Origin: an uncultured Gammaproteobacteria bacterium
Lineage (GTDB): Bacteria; Pseudomonadota; Gammaproteobacteria; UBA9214
DNA: 64,000 bases
NCBI GenBank assembly: GCA_963773065.1
Contig: CAVYZN010000026.1
Location: 1-64,000 of the forward strand
Direction of reading: 5' to 3'
The notes below the pieces were generated by a model. The model made no database searches. It was given only the letters and a program-made list of their open reading frames with translations, and was not told where the DNA came from. Each line of letters starts with the position of its first letter. Position 1 is the stretch's first letter. Shown in pieces: positions 42,397 through 51,761 of the stretch. A program made the position numbers and the translations under genes.

Positions 42397-44496
42397 ATGA
42401 ATGTGCCCGTTGATACCAAACCGCGCCCGCGCACCCTGCTGGGCAGGGTGATGTGGTTCGGCATCGCCGTGCTCGGCGCCGCTGCCGTGGGCGGCATCGC
42501 GCTCGCGCGCGGGGAGACCATCAACAGCCTGTGGTTCATCATCGCCGCGGTGTGCGTGTACGCCATCGGCTACCGCTTCTACGGCGCCTTCATCGCCGCC
42601 CGGGTGCTGGTGCTCGATCCGACCCGCGCCACGCCGGCTGAACGCCTCAACGACGGGCGCGACTTCGTGCCCACCAACAAGTGGATCGTGTTCGGCCACC
42701 ACTTCGCCGCCATCGCCGGCCCCGGCCCGCTGATCGGCCCGACGCTCGCCGCGCAGTTCGGCTATCTGCCGGGCACGCTGTGGATCCTGATCGGCGCGGT
42801 GCTGGGCGGCTGCGTGCAGGACTTCGCGATCCTGTTCTTCTCCACCCGCCGCGACGGCCGTTCGCTGGGGCAGATGGCGCGCGATGAACTGGGGCCGATC
42901 GGCGGCGTGGCCGCGCTGCTCGGCGTGATGACCATCATGGTCATCCTCATCGCCGTGCTCGGACTGGTGGTGGTCAACGCCATGAAGCACAGCCCCTGGG
43001 CCACCTCGACGGTCGCGGCCACCATCCCCATCGCCATCCTGGTCGGACTGTACATGCGCGATCTGCGCCCCGGCCGCGTGCTGGAGGGCACGCTGCTCGG
43101 CGTGGCGCTGCTGCTGTTCGCGGTGTGGGGCGGCGGCTGGGTGGACCATCAGCCCGGGCTGCGCGGCTGGTTCGACTACGAGGCGCCGGATCTGGCCCTG
43201 CTGGTGATCGGCTACGGCTTCACCGCCGCCGTGCTGCCGGTGTGGCTGCTGCTCGCACCGCGCGATTATCTCTCCACCTTCATGAAGCTCGGCACGGTGA
43301 TCGCGCTGGCCATCGCCATCGTGATCCTGCGCCCCGACATCCAGATGCCGGCGCTCACCCGGTTCATCGACGGCAGCGGACCGATCTTCGGCGGCAAGCT
43401 GTTCCCGTTCGTGTTCATCACCATCGCCTGCGGCGCGATCTCCGGCTTCCATTCGCTGATCGCCTCGGGCACCACGCCCAAGCTGCTCTCCAACGAGCGC
43501 GACATGCGCATGATCGGCTACGGCGGCATGATGATGGAGTCGTTCGTCGCCATCATGGCCATGATCGCCGCCACCGTGCTCGACCCCGGCGTGTACTTCG
43601 CCATCAACAGCCCGGCCGGCATCGTCGGCGCCGATCCCGCCGCCGCCGCGGCGATGATTTCGGGCTGGGGCTTCCCGGTCGGCGCGGAACGGATGCAGGA
43701 ACTCGCGCGCGCGATGGGCGAGGCCACGCTATTCGCGCGCACCGGCGGCGCGCCCTCGCTCGCCGTGGGCATGGCCAGCATCTTCGCCTCGGCCTTCGGC
43801 GCCGGGCTGCTCGCCGTCTGGTACCACTTCGCCATCATGTTCGAGGCGCTGTTCATCCTCACCACGCTGGATGCGGGCACGCGCGTGGCGCGCTTCATGC
43901 TGCAGGACATGCTCGGCAACGTGATCCCGGCGCTGGGACGCACGAGCTGGACTCCCGGCGTGCTGCTCACCAGCGCGGCGGTGGTCGCGGCCTGGGGCTA
44001 TTTCCTGTACATGGGCACCATCGACCCGCTCGGGGGCATCAACAGCCTGTGGCCGCTGTTCGGCATCTCCAACCAGATGCTCGCGGCGATCGCCCTGTGC
44101 GTGGCCAGCACCATCCTGGTCAAATCCGGCAAGGCGCGCTACGCCTGGGTCACGATCGCGCCGCTCGCCTGGCTGGTCTGCATCACTACGACCGCCGCCT
44201 TGGTGAAGCTGTTCAGTCCGGAGCTGCGCATCGGCTTCATCGCGCACGCCAACGATCTGGCGGTGAAACTCGCCGCGGGCGCCATAGCGCCCGAGAAGAT
44301 CGCCCAGACCCGGCAGATACTCTTCAACGACCGTCTGGACGCCGTGTTGACGATGCTGTTCCTCACGCTGACCTGGGTGCTGGTGCTCGATACCGTGCGC
44401 GTGTCCTACCGCGCGCTCACCGGCCGCGTGCACCCGCCGCTCACCGAAGCGCCGCACATACCGACGCGGCTGGTCGAAGACTGGGTGCGCGACTGA
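42397..44496 (+). CDS. cstA: Carbon starvation protein CstA/BtsT transporter
   Basis: FGHHFAAIAGPGPL, APRDYLSTF, CGAISGFH, TTLDAGTR, LWPLFG. Confidence 0.95.
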   Translation: MNVPVDTKPRPRTLLGRVMWFGIAVLGAAAVGGIALARGETINSLWFIIAAVCVYAIGYRFYGAFIAARVLVLDPTRATPAERLNDGRDFVPTNKWIVFGHHFAAIAGPGPLIGPTLAAQFGYLPGTLWILIGAVLGGCVQDFAILFFSTRRDGRSLGQMARDELGPIGGVAALLGVMTIMVILIAVLGLVVVNAMKHSPWATSTVAATIPIAILVGLYMRDLRPGRVLEGTLLGVALLLFAVWGGGWVDHQPGLRGWFDYEAPDLALLVIGYGFTAAVLPVWLLLAPRDYLSTFMKLGTVIALAIAIVILRPDIQMPALTRFIDGSGPIFGGKLFPFVFITIACGAISGFHSLIASGTTPKLLSNERDMRMIGYGGMMMESFVAIMAMIAATVLDPGVYFAINSPAGIVGADPAAAAAMISGWGFPVGAERMQELARAMGEATLFARTGGAPSLAVGMASIFASAFGAGLLAVWYHFAIMFEALFILTTLDAGTRVARFMLQDMLGNVIPALGRTSWTPGVLLTSAAVVAAWGYFLYMGTIDPLGGINSLWPLFGISNQMLAAIALCVASTILVKSGKARYAWVTIAPLAWLVCITTTAALVKLFSPELRIGFIAHANDLAVKLAAGAIAPEKIAQTRQILFNDRLDAVLTMLFLTLTWVLVLDTVRVSYRALTGRVHPPLTEAPHIPTRLVEDWVRD

Positions 44497-44681
44497 TGTC
44501 CGGGCAAACAGTGCGACGGCTGTGGCGCGCGCTGCGCTCCCTCACCGGCGACGATGCCTACGAGCGTTATCTCTCGCACTGGCGCGCGCACCACGCCGGC
44601 GCTGGCGCGCCGCTCGAGCGCAAGGCCTTCTTCAAGGCCGAGCAGGAGCGCAAATGGGACGGGGTCAGGCGGTGTTGTTGA
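44496..44681 (+). CDS. YbdD/YjiX (DUF466) small CstA-associated protein
   Basis: TGATG coupling to cstA; GDDAYERYL...GVRRCC*. Confidence 0.88.
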   Translation: MSGQTVRRLWRALRSLTGDDAYERYLSHWRAHHAGAGAPLERKAFFKAEQERKWDGVRRCC

Positions 44682-44750
44682 ACCGTGTCCCTTCCCGGCA
44701 GGCCTGTTTGCATGCCCGTACGCCCTGACGGTTCGCGCCGGAGTAAACCC

Positions 44751-46130
44751 ATGAGTCTGCTGCGCACCAAACCCATCAACGCCGACATGTACTGCGACAC
44801 CGGACTCAAACGCTGCCTCGGCGCCTTCGACCTCACCCTGCTCGGCATCGGCGCCATCATCGGCGCGGGCATCTTCGTGCTCACCGGCATCGCCGCGGCG
44901 ACCCACGCCGGTCCCGGCATCGTGCTCTCCTACGTGGTGGCGGGGCTCGCCTGCGCGTTCTCGGCGCTCGCCTACGCGGAGCTCGCCGCGAGCATCGGCG
45001 GCTGCGGCAGCGCCTACGGCTATGCCTACGCGGGGCTGGGCGAACTGATCGCCTGGATCATCGGCTGGGATCTGATCCTGGAATACGGCGTGGCCACCGC
45101 GGCGGTCGCGATCGGCTGGTCGGGCTATTTCAACAACGCGCTCGCGGCGGCCGGCCTGGCGCTGCCGCAAGCCCTGCTCAAGGCGCCGACCGGCGGCGGC
45201 ATCGTCAATCTGCCGGCCGCGGCCATCGTGCTGCTGCTCGCGCTGCTGCTCACCATCGGCGTGCGCCAGAGCGCGCGCTTCAACGCCGCGATGGTGCTGG
45301 TCAAGCTCACCGCCATCGGCATCTTCATCGCGGTGGCCGCGTTCAACGTGCATGCGGCCAACTGGACGCCGTTTCTGCCGTTCGGCTGGGGCGGCGTGAT
45401 GAGCGGCGCGGCGCTGATCTTCTTCGCCTACATCGGCTTCGACGCCGTCTCCACCGCCGCCGAGGAGACCGTCAACCCGCCGCGCGATCTGCCCATCGGC
45501 ATACTCGCCTCGCTGGTGGTGTGCACCGCGATCTACATCGGCGTGTCCGGACTGCTCACCGCCATCGTGCCCTACGCCACGCTGAACGTGTCCTCGCCGG
45601 TGGCCGATGCGCTGTTGCGCCTGGGGCACAATACCGCCGCCGGCTGCATCGCCGCCGGCGCCATCGCGGGACTCACCACGGTGATGCTGGTGCTCTACTA
45701 CGGCCTGACGCGCGTGTTCCTGGCCATGTCGCGCGACGGCCTGCTGCCGCCGGTGTTTTCCGCCATCAACCGCAGGACCCACACTCCGGTGCGCGTGATC
45801 CTGGCGAGCGGGGTGCTGATCGCAGCCATCGCCGGCTTCACGCCCATCGACGACGTCGCGCAACTGGTGAACATCGGCACGCTCGCCGCGTTCGTGCTGG
45901 TGTGCAGCGGCGTGATCGTGCTGCGCCACACCAAGCCCGATCTGCCGCGCCCGTTTCGGACGCCGTGCAGCCCGCTGGTCCCGCTGCTCGGCATCGCGTT
46001 CTGCGTATATCTCATGGCCAGCCTGCCGGCGATCACCTGGATGCGCTTTGCGATCTGGCTGGGCATCGGGATGTGGGTGTACTTCGGCTATTCGCGAACG
46101 CGCAGCCTGCTGGCGCGGGAGCAACCGTAG
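44751..46130 (+). CDS. APC-family amino-acid permease
   Basis: GIGAIIGAGIFV, YAELA, FFAYIGFDAVSTAAEE, NIGTL. Confidence 0.93.
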   Translation: MSLLRTKPINADMYCDTGLKRCLGAFDLTLLGIGAIIGAGIFVLTGIAAATHAGPGIVLSYVVAGLACAFSALAYAELAASIGGCGSAYGYAYAGLGELIAWIIGWDLILEYGVATAAVAIGWSGYFNNALAAAGLALPQALLKAPTGGGIVNLPAAAIVLLLALLLTIGVRQSARFNAAMVLVKLTAIGIFIAVAAFNVHAANWTPFLPFGWGGVMSGAALIFFAYIGFDAVSTAAEETVNPPRDLPIGILASLVVCTAIYIGVSGLLTAIVPYATLNVSSPVADALLRLGHNTAAGCIAAGAIAGLTTVMLVLYYGLTRVFLAMSRDGLLPPVFSAINRRTHTPVRVILASGVLIAAIAGFTPIDDVAQLVNIGTLAAFVLVCSGVIVLRHTKPDLPRPFRTPCSPLVPLLGIAFCVYLMASLPAITWMRFAIWLGIGMWVYFGYSRTRSLLAREQP

Positions 46131-46287
46131 GTATTGGCTGAGCTTGCGAAGCCCAACACGCCGCCCCACAATCCCGCTGGAAACCATCACCATTACCTGC
46201 CAATTGGTCAGTCGGTTTGGGTGAATCGAATCGGGATTTGGAGAGTGAAACAGAGATGTTGGGCTTCGTAGGCTCAGCCCAACCTAC
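46127..46287. repeat. REPIN (second REP family); its GTAG supplies the permease stop codon
   Basis: GTAGGTATTGGCTGAGCTTGCGAAGCCCAAC ... GTTGGGCTTCGTAGGCTCAGCCCAACCTAC. Confidence 0.85.
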
Positions 46288-46342
46288 CACGCTTCTATAC
46301 TGTTGCATCACCAAGAGAGTCTTGCGCTATCATGATAGCCGT

Positions 46343-46582
46343 ATGAGTCCGACAGTATTTCAAGAGAAGGGTTATCGCTTTTTCTTCTTCTCCCGTGAGG
46401 AGTCGCGGATGCACGTCCACGTGTACTGCGGAGATGGGGAGGCGAAGTTCTGGCTGGAGCCACAAATCGAGTTGGCAAATAACTTCCGATTGTCACGGAG
46501 CCAGCTCAAAGAGGTAGAGCAAATTATCGAGGTACACCACGATGAGCTTAAGCGCGCTTGGCACAAACACTTCCCAGGTTGA
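46343..46582 (+). CDS. DUF4160-family protein (putative TA component)
   Basis: MSPTVF, FFFFSREE, HVHV, EAKFWLEP. Confidence 0.85.
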   Translation: MSPTVFQEKGYRFFFFSREESRMHVHVYCGDGEAKFWLEPQIELANNFRLSRSQLKEVEQIIEVHHDELKRAWHKHFPG

Positions 46583-46802
46583 AGTTACCCACATTTCAAA
46601 TCACGGTGTGTGGCTATTGGCTCGCGGTCACGAGTTATTCATGCCTTACGAGAATTTTCCGTGGTTCAGGGACGTGCCTGTAGGAAAGATCCTAAATGTT
46701 GAAGAGCCGACACCCGGGCACTACTACTGGCCGGATCTGGACGTTGATTTGACCGAAGAAATAATCTCGCACCCTGAGCGTTTTCCACTTAAAGCACGGT
46801 AA
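46542..46802 (+). CDS. DUF2442-family protein (putative TA component)
   Basis: FPWF, YWPDLDVDL; overlaps DUF4160. Confidence 0.85.
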   Translation: MSLSALGTNTSQVEVTHISNHGVWLLARGHELFMPYENFPWFRDVPVGKILNVEEPTPGHYYWPDLDVDLTEEIISHPERFPLKAR

Positions 46803-46951
46803 CGCATAACACTATCAGAAATTACCCAACAACCATCAAATGCAGAACGATCGCAGATGGCAAATAGCAAAGGACATGACACCAGCTCAACGCAACCTCA
46901 TTTCCGCGTTCGAGTACCTACTACATTTGGACAAGATGGTGGTTCACCACG

Positions 46952-46982
46952 GTAGGATGGGTGGAGCGAAGCGTACCCCATC
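46952..46982 (+). repeat. Single REP (third family)
   Basis: GTAGGATGGGTGGAGCGAAGCGTACCCCATC. Confidence 0.7.
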
Positions 46983-47011
46983 GTAGCTGTCGCGATGATG
47001 ATGGATGTGGC

Positions 47012-47181
47012 GAGGTCGATGTCGGCTTGATCTGACTGGTCACGGCCATGATGATGAGGTCAGGTCGCTCGGTGTTGTAGGCTTGCGAGCTGATAACGAC
47101 CGCCGGTCGCTTCTTGTTTGTGGACTGGTCGGTGAACGGAAACGGTACCAGGACGATGTTGCCGAACTCAAAGGGCGTCAT
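47012..47181 (-). pseudogene. PemK/MazF toxin truncated after ~56 aa
   Basis: GNIVLVPFPFTD...KKRPAVVIS...MAVTS, after which the frame runs into REP sequence. Confidence 0.8.
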
Positions 47182-47377
47182 AGACGGCATCGTCCGGGTT
47201 ATCCCATACCGTTGCAAACGCTGGCGCAGCCGTCTTCGCCGCCGCTCGTGTGAGCTGCCGGTCCTGATCCCGGGTCTTCAAGAAATCGATAAAGTCCTCC
47301 ACCTCGGCAATGCGCTCCGGGGGCAGTGCTTCGAGCTTATCGATCAACTCGCGTATATGATTGCGATTCGTGGCCAT
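47168..47377 (-). CDS. Antitoxin (DUF2281-like) partner of the PemK fragment
   Basis: LPPERIAEVEDFIDFL...VWDNPDDAVYD. Confidence 0.8.
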   Translation of the reverse strand: MATNRNHIRELIDKLEALPPERIAEVEDFIDFLKTRDQDRQLTRAAAKTAAPAFATVWDNPDDAVYDAL

Positions 47378-47518
47378 CTTAAATCCTCTTGGGCCAATTC
47401 CGGGAACAGTATCCGTATACCTATTTCTCCGTCACCGGAGTGGGGTAGTTTCCCGGCTTTCTGCCCGGTGTTTGTGGTGCCAGAATACGCCCGGTCAGCA
47501 ACTACAATTTCACAATAC

Positions 47519-47548
47519 AAGGTTGGGCTGAGCTTGCGAAGCCCAACA
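47519..47548 (+). repeat. Single REP of the 46127 family
   Basis: GGTTGGGCTGAGCTTGCGAAGCCCAAC. Confidence 0.8.
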
Positions 47549-47568
47549 CACCGCCTCGCCGCCGCCAT

Positions 47569-47913
47569 TCATACCCCTGATTGGTTCCAGTTGCTGAACG
47601 CCAGCAGCCAACTGGAAATATCGGGATGCTCATTGCCGCGCGCCTGCAACTGGCTGCCCAGTTCGATCATCAGTTCCCGCAACTCCCGTATTTCCGCGTG
47701 CCAGATCCGCTCGTCTATGCCCGGGTTGTCCGCCAGGGCTTCATTGGCGATGGAGCCCGCTCCGCCCCACATACGTTTTGAATTCAGTTCCCGATAGAAC
47801 CGGGCTTCATCCCTTGCGCCGAGTTCGATCACTGACCCTATCCAGGCAGCACTCTCTCCGGGATGGTTCCCCAGGATCTCACGGATACGGTGCAGGGTGG
47901 TCAGAACATCCAT
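47569..47913 (-). CDS. Hypothetical protein (114 aa), paralog of 62472-62816
   Basis: Same length and near-identical sequence (RELNSKRMWGGAGSIANEAL). Confidence 0.8.
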   Translation of the reverse strand: MDVLTTLHRIREILGNHPGESAAWIGSVIELGARDEARFYRELNSKRMWGGAGSIANEALADNPGIDERIWHAEIRELRELMIELGSQLQARGNEHPDISSWLLAFSNWNQSGV

Positions 47914-48223
47914 CGTCGATACCATCAGCGGGTTTGGTGAATCCGCCCTTAATTGCAGGAGCGGCCGGTCTGTAGCGTTTATAGCAGTGAGTGACTTCAG
48001 GGTCACGATATCAGGCAGTTTACTGCACAGTTGTGCTCGCCTGAATAAGCAGTACCGGCCGATCCCAGACCGTCGAGTCACAATCGGCTGATTATGATAA
48101 CGAAGAATTGTGATCCAAAAGTGGAAGATCAGCGTCACAGTATCTACTATTCGCACAACGGGCCGAGGCGGCTTATCACTCAATACCGCGTAATCCGCCT
48201 AACACACCATTTGGTAACAGAAG

Positions 48224-49093
48224 ATGCCAGACGATAAATCAATATCTCTAGTGAATCTCGGAAAGCTTTCAAAACCGGCTGATACCCTGATCAAGAAGGT
48301 ATCTTCCGCAGTGGGTGGCATTTTTGAGCCGTGGCAGATAAAGCGTATTGCTAAAGCAAAAGCTGAAGCAGACCAAATACAAGCGAGATCGGGAATCGAA
48401 ATAACTGACTTGCATCGTCGAGCAATGCACCGTGTTGTTGAAGAGGAAGCGTTGCGGCAATATAACATGGAGAAAATAACCGTGAAAGCCTTGCCACTAC
48501 TTAATGAAGTTTCCGATCCAAGCGCAATGGAAGACGACTGAGTAACAAACTTCTTCGACAAGTCTCGGATCGTCTCCGATGAAGGAATGCAGAAGCTTTG
48601 GTCTAGTATCCTTGCCGGGGAGGCAAATGCACCTGGAACATATTCGAAACGAACAGTCAACTTCCTTTGTGATCTCGACAAGCAAGATGCTGAACTTTTT
48701 CAAACTCTGTGCCGGTTTGGTTGGGTTGTTGGGGGATTCACCCCGCTAATATTCGATCATCGGGCTAAGATCTATAACGACCAAGGTCTGAACTTTAGTA
48801 CTTTGACGCACCTAGACAGCATTGGGTTGATTCAATTTGATCCGCTTTCGGGGTTCAGTCTATTAAATCTTCCGAAGAAGTTTGTCGTCTTGTACTGTGG
48901 ACAGTCACTTTTTTTGGGAATGGAGAAAGAAACCGATAATAAATTACCCATGGGTCATGTCTTTCTTACCAAGATTGGCGAGGAACTAGCTACTGTATGT
49001 CCAGTTATGGGGGTGGATGGCTTTGAAGAATACGTCAAAGTAACGTGGGCGAAGTATATTCCCCAAGAACCAGAGACCGAACGAAGTAGATGA
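48224..49093 (+). pseudogene. DUF2806-like protein interrupted by an in-frame TGA (48539-48541)
   Basis: Frame continues past the stop: MEDD*VTNFFDKSRIVSDEGMQKLWSSILAGEANAPGTYS; lower GC than the flanks. Confidence 0.8.
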
Positions 49094-49132
49094 GGTAACG
49101 CTTAACAGCGCACCTCACATTGGGCGTTATGA
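49076..49132 (+). other. Candidate integron attC site (57 bp)
   Basis: ACCGAAC...TGAGGT-AA-CGCT-TAAC-AGCG-C-ACCTCA...GTTATGA at the gene 3' end. Confidence 0.45.
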
Positions 49133-49371
49133 ATGTCGACTTTTAGCCGCTTACGCACCACCCCGCAATCGACTCGCAGCGGATATCCAAAGACCCGTGA
49201 ACTTACCTGGAATGTCACCCTACTCCGGCATCCCATCCCGGTTCGCGGCGGATCGCGGCGGTGTCTGATCGCCCTGCCGCTGCCGCACCCGGCGTGCAGA
49301 TCGGATCGCGCACGGCCATGCCGAAGACCGGAGGCGGATGCAATCCCCGCGGCGACAACGCCAGCGGCCTC

Positions 49372-49833
49372 TCAAAACGCCGAGGCCAGCGCCCGCACCA
49401 CGCGGCCGCCGAGCGTCGGGTGTTCCGCCTGGAGGGTGAGCACGTCGAAGGGAAGCTGACCGCCCCAGCCGTTGAGCCCGAGGCGGGTGTGCGCCCCGAC
49501 CACGACCAGATCGGGCTGCCAGGAATTCACCAGATCCGCGAGCGCCGCCGAGCGTGATCCCTGCGCGGCGATGACCTCGGCCCCCGCGGCGCCGATCCGG
49601 TCCCCGAGCAACTGCAGCTTGCTGCTCACGTCCTGTGCGATCGCCGCGCGCATGCGGTTCGGCGTCATCACGGGGATATAGTCCTCACACTCCTCACCGG
49701 GCGTGTAGTCCACCAATCCGGCCAGGGCAAGCGTGGCGCCATGCAGACGGGCGAGTTGCAGGCCGCGGCGCGCCACCGCTTCGGCCTGGCTGTCGAAATC
49801 GACGAGGGTGAGAATGCGACGATAATTGTTCAT
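49372..49833 (-). CDS. Universal stress protein
   Basis: YRRILTLVDF, DLVVVGAH, PFDVL. Confidence 0.85.
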   Translation of the reverse strand: MNNYRRILTLVDFDSQAEAVARRGLQLARLHGATLALAGLVDYTPGEECEDYIPVMTPNRMRAAIAQDVSSKLQLLGDRIGAAGAEVIAAQGSRSAALADLVNSWQPDLVVVGAHTRLGLNGWGGQLPFDVLTLQAEHPTLGGRVVRALASAF

Positions 49834-49847
49834 GATGCGGTACTCCT

Positions 49848-51677
49848 TTAGTGAGCCGTCACGAGGCGGACGGGCGCCGGGACCAATGGCGCCTCCGCTG
49901 CCTGCGACACGGCAGTCGCTTGACATTCGAGAAAGATGCGGCGTGTGCACGATCGGCAGATCTCCGGATCCAGCCGCTGATAAACCTGGGCGATGGCCTC
50001 GCCGCGCGAGGTGAACAGGTGATCTCGTCCGATGTCCTCCAGGTAACCGCCGGCGTCCAGGGCCTCCTTCACCTGCGGCTTGATCTGGATCAGCCACAGA
50101 TCGCCGCCCTGGGAACGGCGCGTCTGCGCTTCCCGCGCCAGGAATTCGGCCCCGGCGAGATCGATGAAGTTGATCCCCGTCGCCACCACCGCCAGATGCC
50201 GCTGCCGGGGTTCGGCGGCGCGCATCCGGCGCAACGTCTGCTGCACGTAGCTGACGGCGCCGAAGAAGAGCGAGCCGTCGATGCGCACGATCTTCAGTTG
50301 CGGGCACTCCGGCAGGTTCGGATCCCCCGAGAACTTGCGCCGCGGCTGGCCCGGATCGGGCACCCGCGTCACCACCCGCGGACGGGAGGTGCGGCTCAGG
50401 TAGAAACCGATCGACAGCACCACGCCCAGCATGATGGCCGTCTCCAGGTCGAGAAACAGCGTGGCACCGAAGGTGGCGGCGAGGATCGTCACCTCGGCCC
50501 GGCCGGAACGCAGGATCTGTCCGATGTGATGAAAGTCGATCAGACCCCACGCCACCAGGAACAGCACGCCGGCCATGGCGGCGTTCGGGAGATAGGCGGC
50601 GAACGGCGACACCAGCAGCACGATCGCCACCAGCAGGCCGCTGGCGAAAATCGAGGCGAGCGGTGTCTGCGCGCCGGCGGTGTAGTTGAGGCCGCTGCGG
50701 TTGAACGAGCCGGTGGCGACGTAGGCGGAGAAGAAACTTCCCAGCAGATTCGACAGCCCCTGCCCGATGAACTCCTGGTTGCCGTCGATCTCCTGGCCGG
50801 AGCGCACCGCCAGCGCGCGCGCGATCGAGATCGCCTCCGTGAGGGCGAGCAGCGAGACGGCCAGCGCCGCCGTGGCCAGTTCCTTGATGGTGCCGAGGTC
50901 GAACCCGGGCATCGACAGGGGCGGCAGGGAACCGGGCAGCGCGCCCACGGTGCTGATGCCGGCGGCCACCGTGCCCGCGTAGGCCTTGAGCAGGACGGAG
51001 AGCAGGCTGCCCCCGAGCATGGCGGCGATCATGTAGGGCAGTTTCGGCAGAAAGCGCCGCACCGCAAGCCCGATCGCCAGCGTGGTCAGGCTCACCAGCA
51101 GCACGTAAGGATCGACCTCGTGCAGGCGGGTCGCCAGCGCGCCCCAGGTATCGACAAACGAGGTGCCGCGGGGTATCGCGATGCCGAAAAAATGCTTGAC
51201 CTGGCTGGTGGCGATCAGGATCGCCGCGCCGGCCGTGAAGCCGATCACCACCGAGTGGGAGATGAAATTGACCAGCACGCCCAGGCGCACCGCCCCCAGC
51301 GCCAGTTGTATCGCCCCGACCATGAAGGTGAGCGTGAGCGCCATCTGCACGTAAGCGGCGCTGCCCGGTTCGGCATGGGCGGACAGCACGGAGAACAGCA
51401 CGATCGAGGCGGCGGTGGTCGGCCCCGACACCAGGTGCCAGGACGAACCGAACAAGGCGGCGATGACGGCCGGCACCATGCCCGCGTAGAGACCGTACTC
51501 CGGCGGCATCCCGGCGATGGTGGCGAAAGCCACCCCCTGGGGCAGCACCACGACGGCGCCGGTGAGCCCGGCGAGGAAGTCCTGCTTCAGGGTGCCGCGG
51601 GTCACGCGCGGCCACCACTGGAGCATCGGCAGGAACTGCCGCAGGGGAAACGCGAAGGATAAGGACGATGTATTCAT
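49848..51677 (-). CDS. sulP: SulP-family anion transporter with STAS and a Cys-rich C-terminus
   Basis: DFLAGLTGAVVVLPQG, YGLY, SGPT, GSFNRS, RIDGSLFFGA; tail CRSCTRRIFLEC. Confidence 0.93.
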   Translation of the reverse strand: MNTSSLSFAFPLRQFLPMLQWWPRVTRGTLKQDFLAGLTGAVVVLPQGVAFATIAGMPPEYGLYAGMVPAVIAALFGSSWHLVSGPTTAASIVLFSVLSAHAEPGSAAYVQMALTLTFMVGAIQLALGAVRLGVLVNFISHSVVIGFTAGAAILIATSQVKHFFGIAIPRGTSFVDTWGALATRLHEVDPYVLLVSLTTLAIGLAVRRFLPKLPYMIAAMLGGSLLSVLLKAYAGTVAAGISTVGALPGSLPPLSMPGFDLGTIKELATAALAVSLLALTEAISIARALAVRSGQEIDGNQEFIGQGLSNLLGSFFSAYVATGSFNRSGLNYTAGAQTPLASIFASGLLVAIVLLVSPFAAYLPNAAMAGVLFLVAWGLIDFHHIGQILRSGRAEVTILAATFGATLFLDLETAIMLGVVLSIGFYLSRTSRPRVVTRVPDPGQPRRKFSGDPNLPECPQLKIVRIDGSLFFGAVSYVQQTLRRMRAAEPRQRHLAVVATGINFIDLAGAEFLAREAQTRRSQGGDLWLIQIKPQVKEALDAGGYLEDIGRDHLFTSRGEAIAQVYQRLDPEICRSCTRRIFLECQATAVSQAAEAPLVPAPVRLVTAH

Positions 51678-51706
51678 GAACACCCCGGTAAAATGATTGC
51701 AGGATC

Positions 51707-51761
51707 ATTCTAGCGGGGGCGGCGTCAACGCCGCGTCAAGGCAACGTCAAGGCGGCGTCAA
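51707..51761 (-). promoter_or_regulatory. OmpR/PhoB-type activated promoter: four TTGACG boxes at 11-bp period plus a TAGAAT -10
   Basis: CGTCAA at 51723, 51734, 51745 and 51756; minus-strand TAGAAT at 51712-51707, 10 nt from the proximal box. Confidence 0.75.

Noticed and set aside
46796-46830. attC after DUF2442 (GCATAAC)
   Set aside because: A plausible core motif, but no matching hairpin or downstream GTT box was found
48539-48541. TGA as selenocysteine or alternative genetic code
   Set aside because: The context suggests Trp rather than Cys, no SECIS is evident, and TGA is used as a normal stop throughout the window
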